In this document: positions 23,501 through 36,500 of the stretch, in pieces
Layout: the number at the start of each line of letters is the position of its first letter
Numbering within the stretch: the first letter of the stretch is position 1
Source of the DNA: Macrostomum hystrix
Lineage: Eukaryota; Animalia; Platyhelminthes
Direction of reading: 5' to 3'
Assembly: GCA_950097015.1 (NCBI GenBank)
Contig: CATNEN010000003.1
Span: 7,626,001 to 7,690,000 of the forward strand
Length of the DNA: 64,000 nt
Translations under genes and position numbers: made by a program
The notes under the pieces: model-generated
Seen by the model: the letters and a program-made list of their open reading frames with translations, nothing else
Databases searched by the model: none
What the model was told of the DNA's origin: nothing

Positions 23501-26500
23501 AGAAGGGAGCTGGAGGCGGGGCATAGAGGACCACACCTGAAGCCCTGAAGAATCAGAAGGGAGGAGGCGGGGCATAAGAGGACCACACCTGAAGCCCTGA
23601 AGAATCAGAAGGGAGGAGGCGGGGCATAGAGGACCACACCTGAAGCCCTGAAGAATCAGAAGGGAGGGGGCGGGGCATAGAGGACCATACCTGAAGCCCT
23701 GAAGAATCAGAAGGGAGGGGGCGGGGCATAGAGGACCACACCTGAAGCCCTGAAGAATCTGTGTACGTCACGAAGTAATGAAAAATGAGAAAATGAAAAA
23801 TGTCACGAAGAAAACTAATACATTAATTAACTAAGCGAGACGAATAAAACCAAAAGAGTTGGTCAATAACACAGTGCAGCCCAGGTATTGGATAAAATAG
23901 TTATAACTTTGGGAGGGCGGGTAAGGTGAGTGGATTCCCAATTAATTTCACGAATTCATCTGCTACGTGCCAACAGAACTGGGAAGGCTTTTTCTGTGGA
24001 GGGGCATTTTGGGGTGGATGTCACAACGGCCCACAGTGTCTCGCGTTGCCAACTCATATAGGAACAGGATAAAAGAACAAATTTACGACAGGCATTGAGA
24101 AATTTTGGTAGTCTAGCTAACTACACGATTGGCATAGTGCGTGTATGTAGACTGGGAGTTTTACTTAAAGGTAGTTTCCTCTAGTCTCTACATATTTCAT
24201 TGCTATAGTAGGTGGGGCATTAATAATTCTGAAGTAGCTATGAAGGCTGGGACAGTAGATTGGAGTTGAGCTAAAGCCCGTGTATATCTTTTAGAGTCCT
24301 TAGCAACTTCTCTGCTCAACTGGGAAGAGTTGAGGGTGGAGACAGAATCAGAGAACTCTCCCTGAAGAATCAGAGGACTCTCCCTGAAGAATCAGAGGAC
24401 TCTCCCTGAAGAATCAGAGGACTCTCCCTGAAGAATCAGAGGACTCTCCCTGAAGAATCAGAGGACTCTCCCTGAAGAATCAGAGGACTCTCCCTGAAGA
24501 ATCAGAGGACTCTCCCTGAAGAATCAGAGGACTCTCCCTGAAGAATCAGAGGACTCTCCCTGAAGAATCAGAGGACTCTCCCTGAAGAATCAGAGGACTC
24601 TCCCTGAAGAATCAGAGGACTCTCCCTGAAGAATCAGAGGACTCTCCCTGAAGAATCAGAGGACTCTCCCTGAAGAATCAGAGGACTCTCCCTGAAGAAT
24701 CAGAGAACTCTCCCTGAAGAATCAGAGGACTCTCCCTGAAGAATCAGAGGACTCTCCCTGAAGAATCAGAGGACTCTCCCTGAAGAATCAGAGGACTCTC
24801 CCTGAAGAATCAGAGGACTCTCCCTGAAGAATCAGAGGACTCTCCCTGAAGAATCAGAGGACTCTCCCTGAAGAACCAGAGGACTCTCCCTGAAGAACCA
24901 GAGGGGCGGTGAGGACCATCCCTGAAGAATCAGAGGGACAGAGAGGACCATCCCTGAAGAATCAGAGGGGCGGTGAGGACCATCCCTGAAGAATCAGAGG
25001 GGCGGTGAGGACCATCCCTGAAGAATCAGAGGGGCGGTGAGGACCATCCCTGAAGAATCAGAGGGACGGAGAGGACCATCCCTGAAGAATCAGAGGGGCG
25101 GTGAGGACCATCCCTGAAGAACCAGAGGGGCGGTGAGGACCATCCCTGAAGAATCAGAGGGACAGAGAGGACCATCCCTGAAGAATCAGAGGGGCGGTGA
25201 GGACCATCCCTGAAGAATCAGAGGGGCGGTGAGGACCATCCCTGAAGAATCAGAGGGGCGGTGAGGACCATCCCTGAAGAATCAGAGGGACGGAGAGGAC
25301 CATCCCTGAAGAATCAGAGGGGCGGTGAGGACCATCCCTGAAGAACCAGAGGGGCAGTGAGGACCATCCCTGAAGAATCAGAGGGACAGAGAGGACCATC
25401 CCTGAAGAATCAGAGGGGCGGAGAGGACCATCCCTGAAGAATCAGAGGGGCGGTGAGGACCATCCCTGAAGAATCAGAGGGACGGAGAGGACCATCCCTG
25501 AAGAATCAGAGGGGCGGTGAGGACCATCCCTGAAGAATCAGAGGGACGGAGAGGACCATCCCTGAAGAATCAGAGGGGCGGTGAGGACCATCCCTGAAGA
25601 ATCAGAGGGGCGGTGAGGACCATCCCTGAAGAATCAGAGGGACGGAGAGGACCATTCCTGAAGAATCAGAGGGACGGAGAGGACCATTCCTGAAAACTAA
25701 GTAGTGCTTGAGCTCCCAAACTCACTCGGTGAATGGCAGTAGGCACATCAGCACAAAGGCGTTGGCCAGCCGGTCGTCCATCATTGGCATGAGGCCGAAA
25801 GCGCACAACAAGCTGACGGTCAACTGGGCGCTGTCAGAATCGTACCAGAGCTTCAACTGAATGCGGCCAGCCGACAGCAGCTGGTTGGATGATGCAGCTA
25901 AATTGGCTTCGTTGTCGTAGTTTAGTCGATAGTCTGGAAATTCAAGTAAGCACAATTTGGGCTGCAAAGTAAGAGATATCGAAAAAAAGAAAAATTAAAC
26001 AAAACTTTATTGCTCTACTCACCAGACTCAATCTGATGACCTCGTCTTGGACTCAAGTGGCTCTTTCTGCAGTTTTCGATGAAGATAAAACAGTTTTTTT
26101 TGTTCTAGTTTCTCAGTGGAATACATTTGCTAAGTTAAAATACAAGTATCAAAGGAGAACTTTTTTAATTTATCTGACCAAATAACACTATTTTAAGTAG
26201 AAAGTACGACATCTAGAATCTAGACTAGAATTATACCCGGAATCATAAATGACAGTCAAAAGAGCATGCGTAGAAAATCTCATTGAAGAGGAAAACCACG
26301 TAACTTGAATGCCGCTGCCGCAAACCCCGCTGCTAGAAATGCCAAAGTTGGAAATAGCAAAGGGGCAAGTCAAAAATCATGAAAGGAAAAATCAAAATCA
26401 AAATCAAAAGGAAATACCGAAATGGGAAATCCCAAAACGGAAAACGCCCATTTGGGAAATCCTAAAATGGGAAATCCCAAGATGGGAAATCCCAAAATGG

Positions 26501-29500
26501 GAAATCCCCAAATGGGAAACCCCGAATGGGAAATCCCCGAATGGGAAATCCCCTAACAGGAATTTCGAAATTGAGAAATCCCAAATCCTAAATATAAAGA
26601 TAGGAAATCCTAACATGGGCAATCGTGGATGTAAGAAAATATCAATAAAATATGCAAGGTAATTTAAAATCTAAAGTTATGAGATTCCAAATCAGGAAAT
26701 ATCGATTTGGTCAATCTTAGATAGGGAAATCAGAAAACTAAAGACCTCCAACACAATGCAACGTATCAGAAAAAGTTATAATGAAAAATTGCAAGCAGCA
26801 CTCACTCTAACAGCATTCTCTGCACAATAAGCTCAACCTGAGTATCGGGCTGCGAGTCTGCCAGGATATCGGCAACTTCTCGTCTAGGCAAGCGTTTCAA
26901 CGACCGGCCGTTCCACTCAAGCACTTCGTCGCCGACTCGCAGATCGCCGACTCTGTCAGCCACGCTGCCCGGTCGAACTCGGACGATGAAGGCACCGCGC
27001 CGGCGACGCACGGCGCCCGCAGCGGTTGAAGAGTCGGCGAGACATCGACGGCCGCCCATCACCTTCAGGCCTGGATTGGGTCAACAATAGTCTCTGAATT
27101 GCTCTTTGTTATGGAAGGTCCGACTAGCAAAGCTCTCGCTAGTTCTCCCCTTCCTCCTCCGTCTAGTTCTCCCCTTCCTTCTCCGTCTAGTTCTCCCCTT
27201 CCTTCTCCGTCTAGTTCTCCCCTTCCTTCTCCGTCTAGTTCTCCCCTTCCCTCTCCGTCTAGTTCTCCCCTTCCTTCTCCGTCTAGTTCTCCCCTTCCTT
27301 CTCCGTCTAGTTCTCCCCTTCCTTCTCCGTCTAGTTCTCCCCTTTCTCATCTGTCTAGTTCTCCCCTTCCTTCTCCGTCTAGTTCTCCCCTTCCTCCTCC
27401 GTCTAGTTAATTCTTCCCCATTCTCCTCCGTGTAGTTCTTTCATTCCTTTCATTCAGGTTTTGCTGCTCCTTTCATAAAAAAATTAAAAATGTTATCTTT
27501 TCTACTTAAAGTAGAGTAAGTAGAGTATGCGCAAAACACAAGATAAAAATTTGTAGTCTTCAACCTAAATCTAGACAATTGCCGTCGCGATCTGTGTCCT
27601 TCTTTAGCAGCATGTGACCGATGAGTCTCGTGCCATCCTTGGATAGTTGCCATGTCACTGGGTGCTGTAGAATGTGATTTAATAGATTTCACTCTGTCAA
27701 ATATAAGCACAAAACTAAAAAAACGCTTTCAAATTAAAAGCTTACCGATAAAAAATTCTTTACTTTGGCTTCTATCGCTGCAGGATTGCGGCGATCGGCT
27801 TCTGAAATTTCAGGGAGAGACCAGGTAAAATAAAGATAGGAAATCCTAAGATGGGCAATCGTGATCTCATGATCTCATGAACTCACGCATGATCTTGTGA
27901 ACTCACGAGAGTTCGTCTGTTCAGTCCATGGACTGGGGGGACGCCACACCCACCCTCAATTAATCCAGCTAATTCTGGTACCTATTTAGCAGCTGGGTGA
28001 ACTGAAGCAATGCAGAGTTTAGTGCCGTGCTAAAGGACACAAATTATTCCAGTTGAGTCGGGAATCGAGCCCCTGACATTCAAGTCATGATTCCGACGAA
28101 TTAATAAATAGGCTACAACCTCCTATTCTCAGCGCATTCAGTCATTGGCTTACCTCCGCGCCCAACGCAGAAGCCGGTTGCCTCGTCCCAGCTCGGATAG
28201 TCAGGACTCGAAGCGCCCAGACGTCCGTCGTCGTCATCATCGTCTCCGTCGTCTAGATCGTCAGCGTCCTCGTCGTCGTAGTCTTCAGTCTCACGTTCGG
28301 CATCCTCGCTGGAGCTGAAGCCTCGGCTGCCACCGCTGTAGCCACGATTTGCCGCCAGCAGCCGGTGCTGACGTCGTAGTGCGTCGCCAACGAAGCTGCT
28401 GACGGCTGCGCTAGCCGACGATCGGCCATTGTTGCCGGGATCCGAGCTCAACGACTGATGCCTTCTGGCTCCAGGCTGGCTGCTGCTGCCGGCGCTGCTA
28501 CCGACACTGGCAGTCGGTCGGCGAGGCATTCGACGGGCCGACGTCGGCGTCATGAGGCCGGCATCCGAGTGTCTGGACATTGGCAAGGCGGCCGACCCTG
28601 CGGTCAATGACTGCGCAACGGAGGCTTGACTTTGTCGTTGATGATGAGTCTAAAAAAGTTTTGTCGATTAAAAAAAAGAAATATGCTTGATGGCTACATA
28701 TTTAATCTTTTTTCGCAAAATAATGTACTGACCTTAGCTGAAAGCTGATGCTGCTGCTGCTGCTGTTGCTGCGGCTGCGGCTGCTGACTAATTGATCGCC
28801 GTGAAGAAGATGCAACAGACTGGGATGGTGAGGAAGACGATTGAGTTCGCTTTGGCGCAGTCGGTTGTTGAATAGTTGGTTGATGCGTTGCAGTCAGTTG
28901 GCTATGAGGTGGATGCAGCTGCTGCTGACGCTGCTGCTGCTGCTGACTTTGCGTGCGGTGACTACTACCGCCACAGCTGCTGTCTGTGAGTGATTGCCTT
29001 GATAGTCATGAAGTAAGTGATGCAACGGTAATTAATGTTCCAAATCTATTGTACAATTTTAGTCTTTACTCGTACATCTACAAAAGCAAATGGAGGCGTT
29101 CTATGAATAATAGTTAATAAGGACGTTTCGAGGGGCAATGAGTCAGGCGGTCGTGCTTGGGGCAGGGAATATGGTTGTTGCTCTAGGGGCTGGGAGTGAG
29201 GCGGTTACTTTATGGTCAGGGAATGGGGTGGTTTTTTCTAGGGCTGGGAGTGAGGTGGTTACTTTATGGTCAGGGAATGGGGTGGTTTTGCTCTAGGGGC
29301 AGGGAGTGAGGCGGTTGCTTTATGGTCAGGGAATGGGGTGGTTTTGCTCTAGGGGCAGGGAGTGAGGCGGTTGCTTTATGGTCAGGGAATGGGGTGGTTT
29401 TGCTCTAGGGGCTGGGAGTGAGGCGGTTACTTTATGGTCAGGGAATGGGGTGGTTTTTTTCTAGGGCTGGGAGTGAGGCGGTTGCTTTATGGTCATGGAA

Positions 29501-32500
29501 TGGGGTGGTTTTGCTCTAGGGGCTGGGAGTGAGGCGGTTGCTTTATGGTCAGGGAATGGACTGGTTTTGCTCTAGGGGCAGGGAATGGGGTGGTTTTGCT
29601 CTAGGGGCTGGGAGTGAGGTGGTTGCTTAAGGGTCAGCGAGACAGTTTGTTATTCCAGGGGCGTTGCACATGTGGTGGTCGTACTAAGGCCCGTAGTTCC
29701 ATGTAGGGAGTGAGGTGGTTGTTCTAGGGGCGGGAGTGAGGTGGTTGCTTAATCGTGGTGTGGTTAATGTCAATCAAACATGTATCTCACCCCTCCATTC
29801 AATACTAGCAGGAAGTGCGGGCTGACGAAAAAACGCACAATTTTCTAGTTTTTTTCAGCCAAAAGCCGAACCACAAGAAAATATTTTAGACAAGAACAAG
29901 ACATTTCGGTTAAAGCCTAACACTAATTAGTCACTCGCATTGGCTAATGGAGAAATCTAAGACTTAGGACGGTTAAAAGAAAAGACAGTTTTATAAAAAC
30001 TATACTTCTTCTGTACCATCCCTGACCAGGTACGATCCTTGCTTTTAAATCTATTTTTAACCAAAAATGAAATTGGTTTCCAATAAAAAAGAGAATCTTA
30101 GTTGCCAAGTCTAGTCAGTCACGAACTAAAATTTATACAACCTCATCTTTCTTTTTTAACTGGAATTCCTTACTGACTTTAAAGTACATGTTTCAGAAAA
30201 GATCGAGAACACAGCTTTAATAAGTTTCAACAGACAATCAGCGAAATCGTGCTGGATTCTGCAACTACGGAAAATATTCATAAATTATTAGATCAAATCA
30301 TTCAAAGAAAAGTTGGGATAAAACTTCATCGACTTCAATATTTTCATCATCTTTTCAGCGGAATTGGTTAAAAGTGTTGAAACATTTTTCATCATTATTT
30401 ACCTTGGCTGGCGTTCCAAAGACTTCGACGCCGACTCATAGCCACTGTGCAAGGGTTAATGCAGGTTTGAGTATTGCACACTCATTTAAACTGGGTCACT
30501 AGATGCTTGTTCTAGCTTACCTTGTCTCATTTCTATGGAGTTTCACCTCTCCCCTGTCTTATCTCTCCCCTGTCTCATCTCGAATCTAGTCTCATCTCTC
30601 CCCTGTCTCATCTCTCCCCTGTCTCATCTGTCGCTTGTCTCATCTATCCTCTGTCTCATCTCTCCTGTGTCTCATCTCTCCCCTGTCTCATCTCTCCCCT
30701 GTCTTATATCTCTCCCCCGTCTCATCTCGAATCTAGTCTCATCTCTCCCCTGTCTCATCTCTCCCCTGTGACATCTGTCGCTTGTCTCATCTATCCTCTG
30801 TCTCATCTCTCCTCTGTCTCATCTCTCCCATGTTTCATCTCTCCCATGTCTCATCTCTCCTGTGTCTCATCTCTCCCTTGTCTGATCTCTCTCATGTCTC
30901 ATCTCTCCCCTGTCTCATCTCTCCCCTGTCTCATCTCTCCCCTGTCTCATCTCTCCTCTGTCTCATCTCTCCCATGTTTCATCTCTCCCATGTCTCATCT
31001 CTCCTGTGTCTCATCTCTCCCTTGTCTGATCTCTCTCATGTCTCATCTCTCCCCTGTCTCATCTCTCCCCTGTCTCATCTCTCCCCTGTCTCATCTCTCC
31101 CCTGTCTCATCTCTCCCCTGTCTCATCTCTCCCCTGTCTCATCTCGAATCTAGTCTCATCTCTCCCCTGTCTCATCTCGAATCTAGTCTCATCTCTCCCC
31201 TGTCTCATCTCTCCCCTGTCTCATCTGTCGCTTGTCTCATCTATCCTCTGTCTCATCTCTCCTGTGTCTCATCTCTCCCCTGTCTCATCTCTCCCCTGTC
31301 TTATCTCTCCCCCGTCTCATCTCGAATCTAGTCTCATCTCTCCCCTGTCTCATCTCTCCCCTGTGACATCTGTCGCTTGTCTCATCTATCCTCTGTCTCA
31401 TCTCTCCTCTGTCTCATCTCTCCCATGTTTCATCTCTCCCATGTCTCATCTCTCCTGTGTCTCATCTCTCCCTTGTCTCATCTGTCGCTTGTCTCATCTA
31501 TCCTCTGTCTCATCTCTCCTGTGTCTCATCTCTCCCCTGTCTCATCTCTCCCCTGTCTTATATCTCTCCCCCGTCTCATCTCGAATCTAGTCTCATCTCT
31601 CCCCTGTCTCATCTCTCCCCTGTCTCATCTCTCCCCTGTCTCATCTCGAATCTAGTCTCATCTCTCCCCTGTCTCATCTCGAATCTAGTCTCATCTCTCC
31701 CCTGTCTCATCTGTCGCTTGTCTCATCTATCCTCTGTCTCATCTCTCCTGTGTCTCATCTCTCCCCTGTCTCATCTCTCCCCTGTCTTATCTCTCCCCCG
31801 TCTCATCTCGAATCTAGTCTCATCTCTCCCCTGTCTCATCTCTCCCCTGTGACATCTGTCGCTTGTCTCATCTATCCTCTGTCTCATCTCTCCTCTGTCT
31901 CATCTCTCCCATGTTTCATCTCTCCCATGTCTCATCTCTCCTGTGTCTCATCTCTCCCTTGTCTCATCTGTCGCTTGTCTCATCTCTCCCCTGTCTCATC
32001 TCTCCCCTGTCTCATCTCTCCCCTGTCTCATCTCTCCTGTGTCTCATCTCTCCCCTGTCTCATCTCTCCCCTGTCTCATCTCGAATCTAGTCTCATCTCT
32101 CCCCTGTCTCATCTCGAATCTAGTCTCATCTCTCCCCTGTCTCATCTGTCGCTTGTCTCATCTATCCTCTGTCTCATCTCTCCTGTGTCTCATCTCTCCC
32201 CTGTCTCATCTCTCCCCTGTCTTATCTCTCCCCCGTCTCATCTCGAATCTAGTCTCATCTCTCCCCTGTCTCATCTCTCCCCTGTGACATCTGTCGCTTG
32301 TCTCATCTATCCTCTGTCTCATCTCTCCTCTGTCTCATCTCTCCCATGTTTCATCTCTCCCATGTCTCATCTCTCCTGTGTCTCATCTCTCCCTTGTCTC
32401 ATCTCTCTCATGTCTCATCTCTCCCATGTCTCATCTCTCCTGTGTCTCATCTCTTCCCTGTCTGATCTCTCTCATGTCTCATCTCTCCCCTGTCTCATCT

Positions 32501-33557
32501 CTCCCCTGTCTCATCTCTCCCCTGTCTCATCTCTCCCCTGTCTCATCTCTCCCCTGTCTCATCTCTCCCCTGTCTCATCTCTCCCCTGTCTCATCTCGAA
32601 TCTAGTCTCATCTCTCCCCTGTCTCATCTCGAATCTAGTCTCATCTCTCCCCTGTCTCATCTCGAATCTAGTCTCATCTCTCCCCTGTCTCATCTTTCCC
32701 CTGTCTCATCTCTCCCTTGTCTCATCTCGAATCTAGTCTCATCTCTCCCCTGTCTCATCTCGAATCTAGTCTCATCTCTCCCCTGTCTCATCTCGAATCT
32801 AGTCTCATCTCTCCCCTGTCTCATCTCGAATCTAGTCTCATCTCTCCCCTGTCTCATCTCGAATCTAGTCTCATCTCTCCCCTGTCTCATCTCTCCCCTG
32901 CCTCATCTCTCCCCTGTCACGTCTGTCACTTGTCTCATCTCTCCCCTGTCTCATCTCTCCCTTGTCTCATCTTTCCCTTGTCTCATCTCTCCCTTGTCTT
33001 ATCTCTCCCTTGTCCAGAATTCTTGTCGGAAACCAACCTTTGTGCGGAATCTTGTGAAGCACTTCTAGCACCTCCGACATCCCCGCCAACACCGCTACCG
33101 CCATGTGTTCGCGTCACTGGCGAGGCGGTGGTCGACTTTTCAGAACGTTCCGAAGCTGTCGACGCTTGTCTAGGAGTATTAGCAGCGCTTGATGCATCTG
33201 TTGATGCTTGCTGCTGTTGCTGCTGCTGCGGTTGCTTTTTTTGCAATGGCTTCTTGTCGCTTTCTGTTGACTGTCTTTGTCGAGCAGCGGCTTGCTGTTT
33301 CAAAGGTAGCGCCTTCTTCACTGGCTGCTGCTGCTGCTGCTGCTGCTGCTGCCGCCGCTGCTGCTGGGGTTTTGCAGGCTTTTTCGTGTCCTCAGTCTTC
33401 ACCGACTCAGCTGGTATCTCGTCTGTCTTATCCGGCTGTTCCGTTTCTACTTGGATGTCTGCTTTCTGTTCTGTCTCTTCCGCTTCATTCGTCTCTAATT
33501 CTTCATTCTGTTGCTGTTTGCGCAGCTCTTCTTCTTCAAGCTTTTGTTGCTGCTCCA

Positions 33558-33589
<32 letters not shown>

Positions 33590-36500
33590 CTTTCTTCCTG
33601 CTCCCATTTGCCGCTGTCTCTGTCTCGACTGCACCTGACGCAGATCCATACGCTCTACAGGGTTGGATACGAATATTGAATGGAATTGATTTGATAGTAA
33701 AGGTATTTAACAAAATTATGTACTTTTATTTTTTGTAAACAAATCCTTAATTGATTCCGCTTGGCATTTTTCTTATAAATTTTCTATCGAAATTCGATAT
33801 GAATGGCATTTTGCCTTCATGCTCGTTTGGCATGCGTAAATTGAAAATCTTTTTGGTTATTACTCGCATAAAAGGTTTTTCAAAGCATGCAGACAGTACT
33901 GAGTGTAAAATTTCTACTCTGAAGGGTCGAATTTGTCTCTTTTCTCCGCGAAAATCTCACTTCAAGTCTCGTTAAATCTCTTTTAATCGCTTTATAACCT
34001 CCCTTCTTATCAAAGATAATCTCTCTTTTAAATCTAAGATTTTTTCCTTTAAATCTCAGATAATCTACCTCTCGAATCTCAGATAATCTACCTCTCGAAT
34101 CTCAGATAATCTACCTCTCGAATCTCAGATAATCTACCTCTCGAATCTCAGATAATCTCCGTCTCAAATCTCAGATAATCTACCTCTCGAATCTCAGATA
34201 ATCTACCTCTCGAATCTCAGATAATCTCCGTCTCAAATCTCAGATAATCTACTTCTCGAATCTCAGATAATCTACTTCTCGAATCTCAGATAATCTACTT
34301 CTCGAATCTCAGATAATCTACTTCTCGAATCTCAGATAATCTACCTCTCGAATCTCAGATAATCTACCTCTCGAATCTCAGATAATCTCCGTCTCAAATC
34401 TCAGATAATCTACCTCTCGAATCTCAGATAATCTACCTCTCGAATCTCAGATAATCTACCTCTCGAATCTCAGATAATCTACCTCTCGAATCTCAGATAA
34501 TCTACTTCTCGAATCTCAGATAATCTACCTCTCAAATCTCAGATAATCTCCCTTTAAATCTCAGATAATCTCCCTTTAAATCTCAGAAAATCTTCCATTT
34601 AATCTCTAACCTCAATTTCAGTCCCCATTGAGATAGTATTTATCATCGATCATCTCACTTCTCTGTCATAAGTAATTTGGTCTAGTAATATCTTTCGCCA
34701 AAGTTGTCAAAGTCCATAGAAATTAATCTTAGCTGTAGATTAGCTGTCATCAAGTCATCCCTAGTTTTTTCTAGACCTGTCGCAAATGATTACATTAAGA
34801 GCCTGTAAGACTCATTACTAAGGCCCCTTGTCTGTTTCAGCTGTCCTCAATGCGCGAACAAAGGATCGATGACGGCAAAACTAAACTTCGAGCAAACTAG
34901 CAGCTCGTTATAAGTTACTCTCAGAAAAATAACTAATGAAATCAAATCGTGCGCTCTTTGGCCGCGAAACATTTCTGTAAGATCGGTGTTGATCTGTAAG
35001 ATCGAGCCAAAATTGTTGTTGTCCTTTGATGGAATCATTATTAATTTATGAATCTATAGGCTTTGTAAAGTCTAATGCTTTTAGTTAGTCAGTGCATTGG
35101 CCAAATGGAAAAAAGTGTAGATGAAAAAGAGTTGGAAAAGTTGAAAAAGAAAAAATCCTTATCTTACCCTCCGATCTCCCTAAAATTTTCCAAAACAATA
35201 CCATTTCCCTGCTATTTCCCTACAATTTCCCTGCAATTTCCCTACAATTTCCCTGCCATTTCCCTACAATTTCCCTGCCATTTCCCTACAATTTCCCTGC
35301 CATTTCCCTACAATTTCCCTGCCATTTCCCTACAATTTCCCTGCTATTTCCCCACAATTTCCCTGCTATTTCCCTAAAATTTCCTGTCATTTCCCTACAA
35401 TTTCCCTGCCATTTCCATAAAATTTCCGAGCAATTTCCCTACAATTTCCATGCCATTTTCCTACAATTTCCCTGCTATTTCCCTACAATTTCCCTGCCAT
35501 TTCCATAGAATTTCCGAGCAATTTCCCTACAATTTCCCTGCCATTTCCCTACAATCTCCTTGCCATTTCCCTACAATCTTCTTGCCATTTCCCTACAATT
35601 TCCCTGCCATTTCCTACAATTTCCCTGCCATTTCCCTAAAATTTCCGAGAAATTTCCCTACAATTGCGATGCCATTTTCCCTACAATTTCCCTGCCATTT
35701 CCCTACAATCTCCTTGCCATTTCCCTACAATCTTCTTGCCATTTCCCTACAATTTCCCTGCCATTTCCTACAATTTCCCTGCCATTTCCCTAAAATTTCC
35801 GAGAAATTTCCCTACAATTGCGATGCCATTTCCCTAAAATTTCGCTGCCATTTCCGTACAATTTCCCTGCTATTTCCCTACAATTTCCCTGCCATTTCCC
35901 TACAATTTCCCTGCCATTTCCCTACAATCTCCTTGCCATTTCCCTAAAATCTCCTTGCCATTTCCCTACAATCTCCTTGCCATTTCCCTACAATCTCCTG
36001 GCAATCACCCAGTCTCAGTTGAAATTCTCCCAAGATCTCTCTTCAGTTTCCCCTAGAATTTATCCCAGTGATTTTCACAAGCCCAGAAAAGTACATTCTA
36101 AGAAACTCTCGGTCCAGTCCAATCTAACTATCCTAATCTAACATACGCCTTACAAAATTTCAGCCCCAAAATATATCTGCCACCAGTCTCTCACTCACTC
36201 ACTCTCTCTGTCTCTCTGACTTCCTTGCTCTTATCTCATAGTCGGTCGAGCATCTTTCTTGATTGCTTCTTATCCTTTGCTGTCATCTATACAATATTTC
36301 AATCAATACAGCTGAATCTGTTCGCTTACATGTGAACGCTCACAACCGATAGCACAGAATTCACTACTATACTCACAGAGGAAAAGACATTACACACTTA
36401 CAACATAGAGAGACTGACAGACTTTTACAAATCCTTGCTTGTATTCCCTGATCCCATCACCATGCGCGCCTACATTACCCCCGTCTTAGGAGTAGACCCA

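Noticed and set aside
30522-33679. Multiple 100-330 aa plus-strand ORFs (SHLSPVSSLPCLI; poly-Cys)
   Set aside because: They are satellite translations and the antisense reading of RIM CAG tracts.
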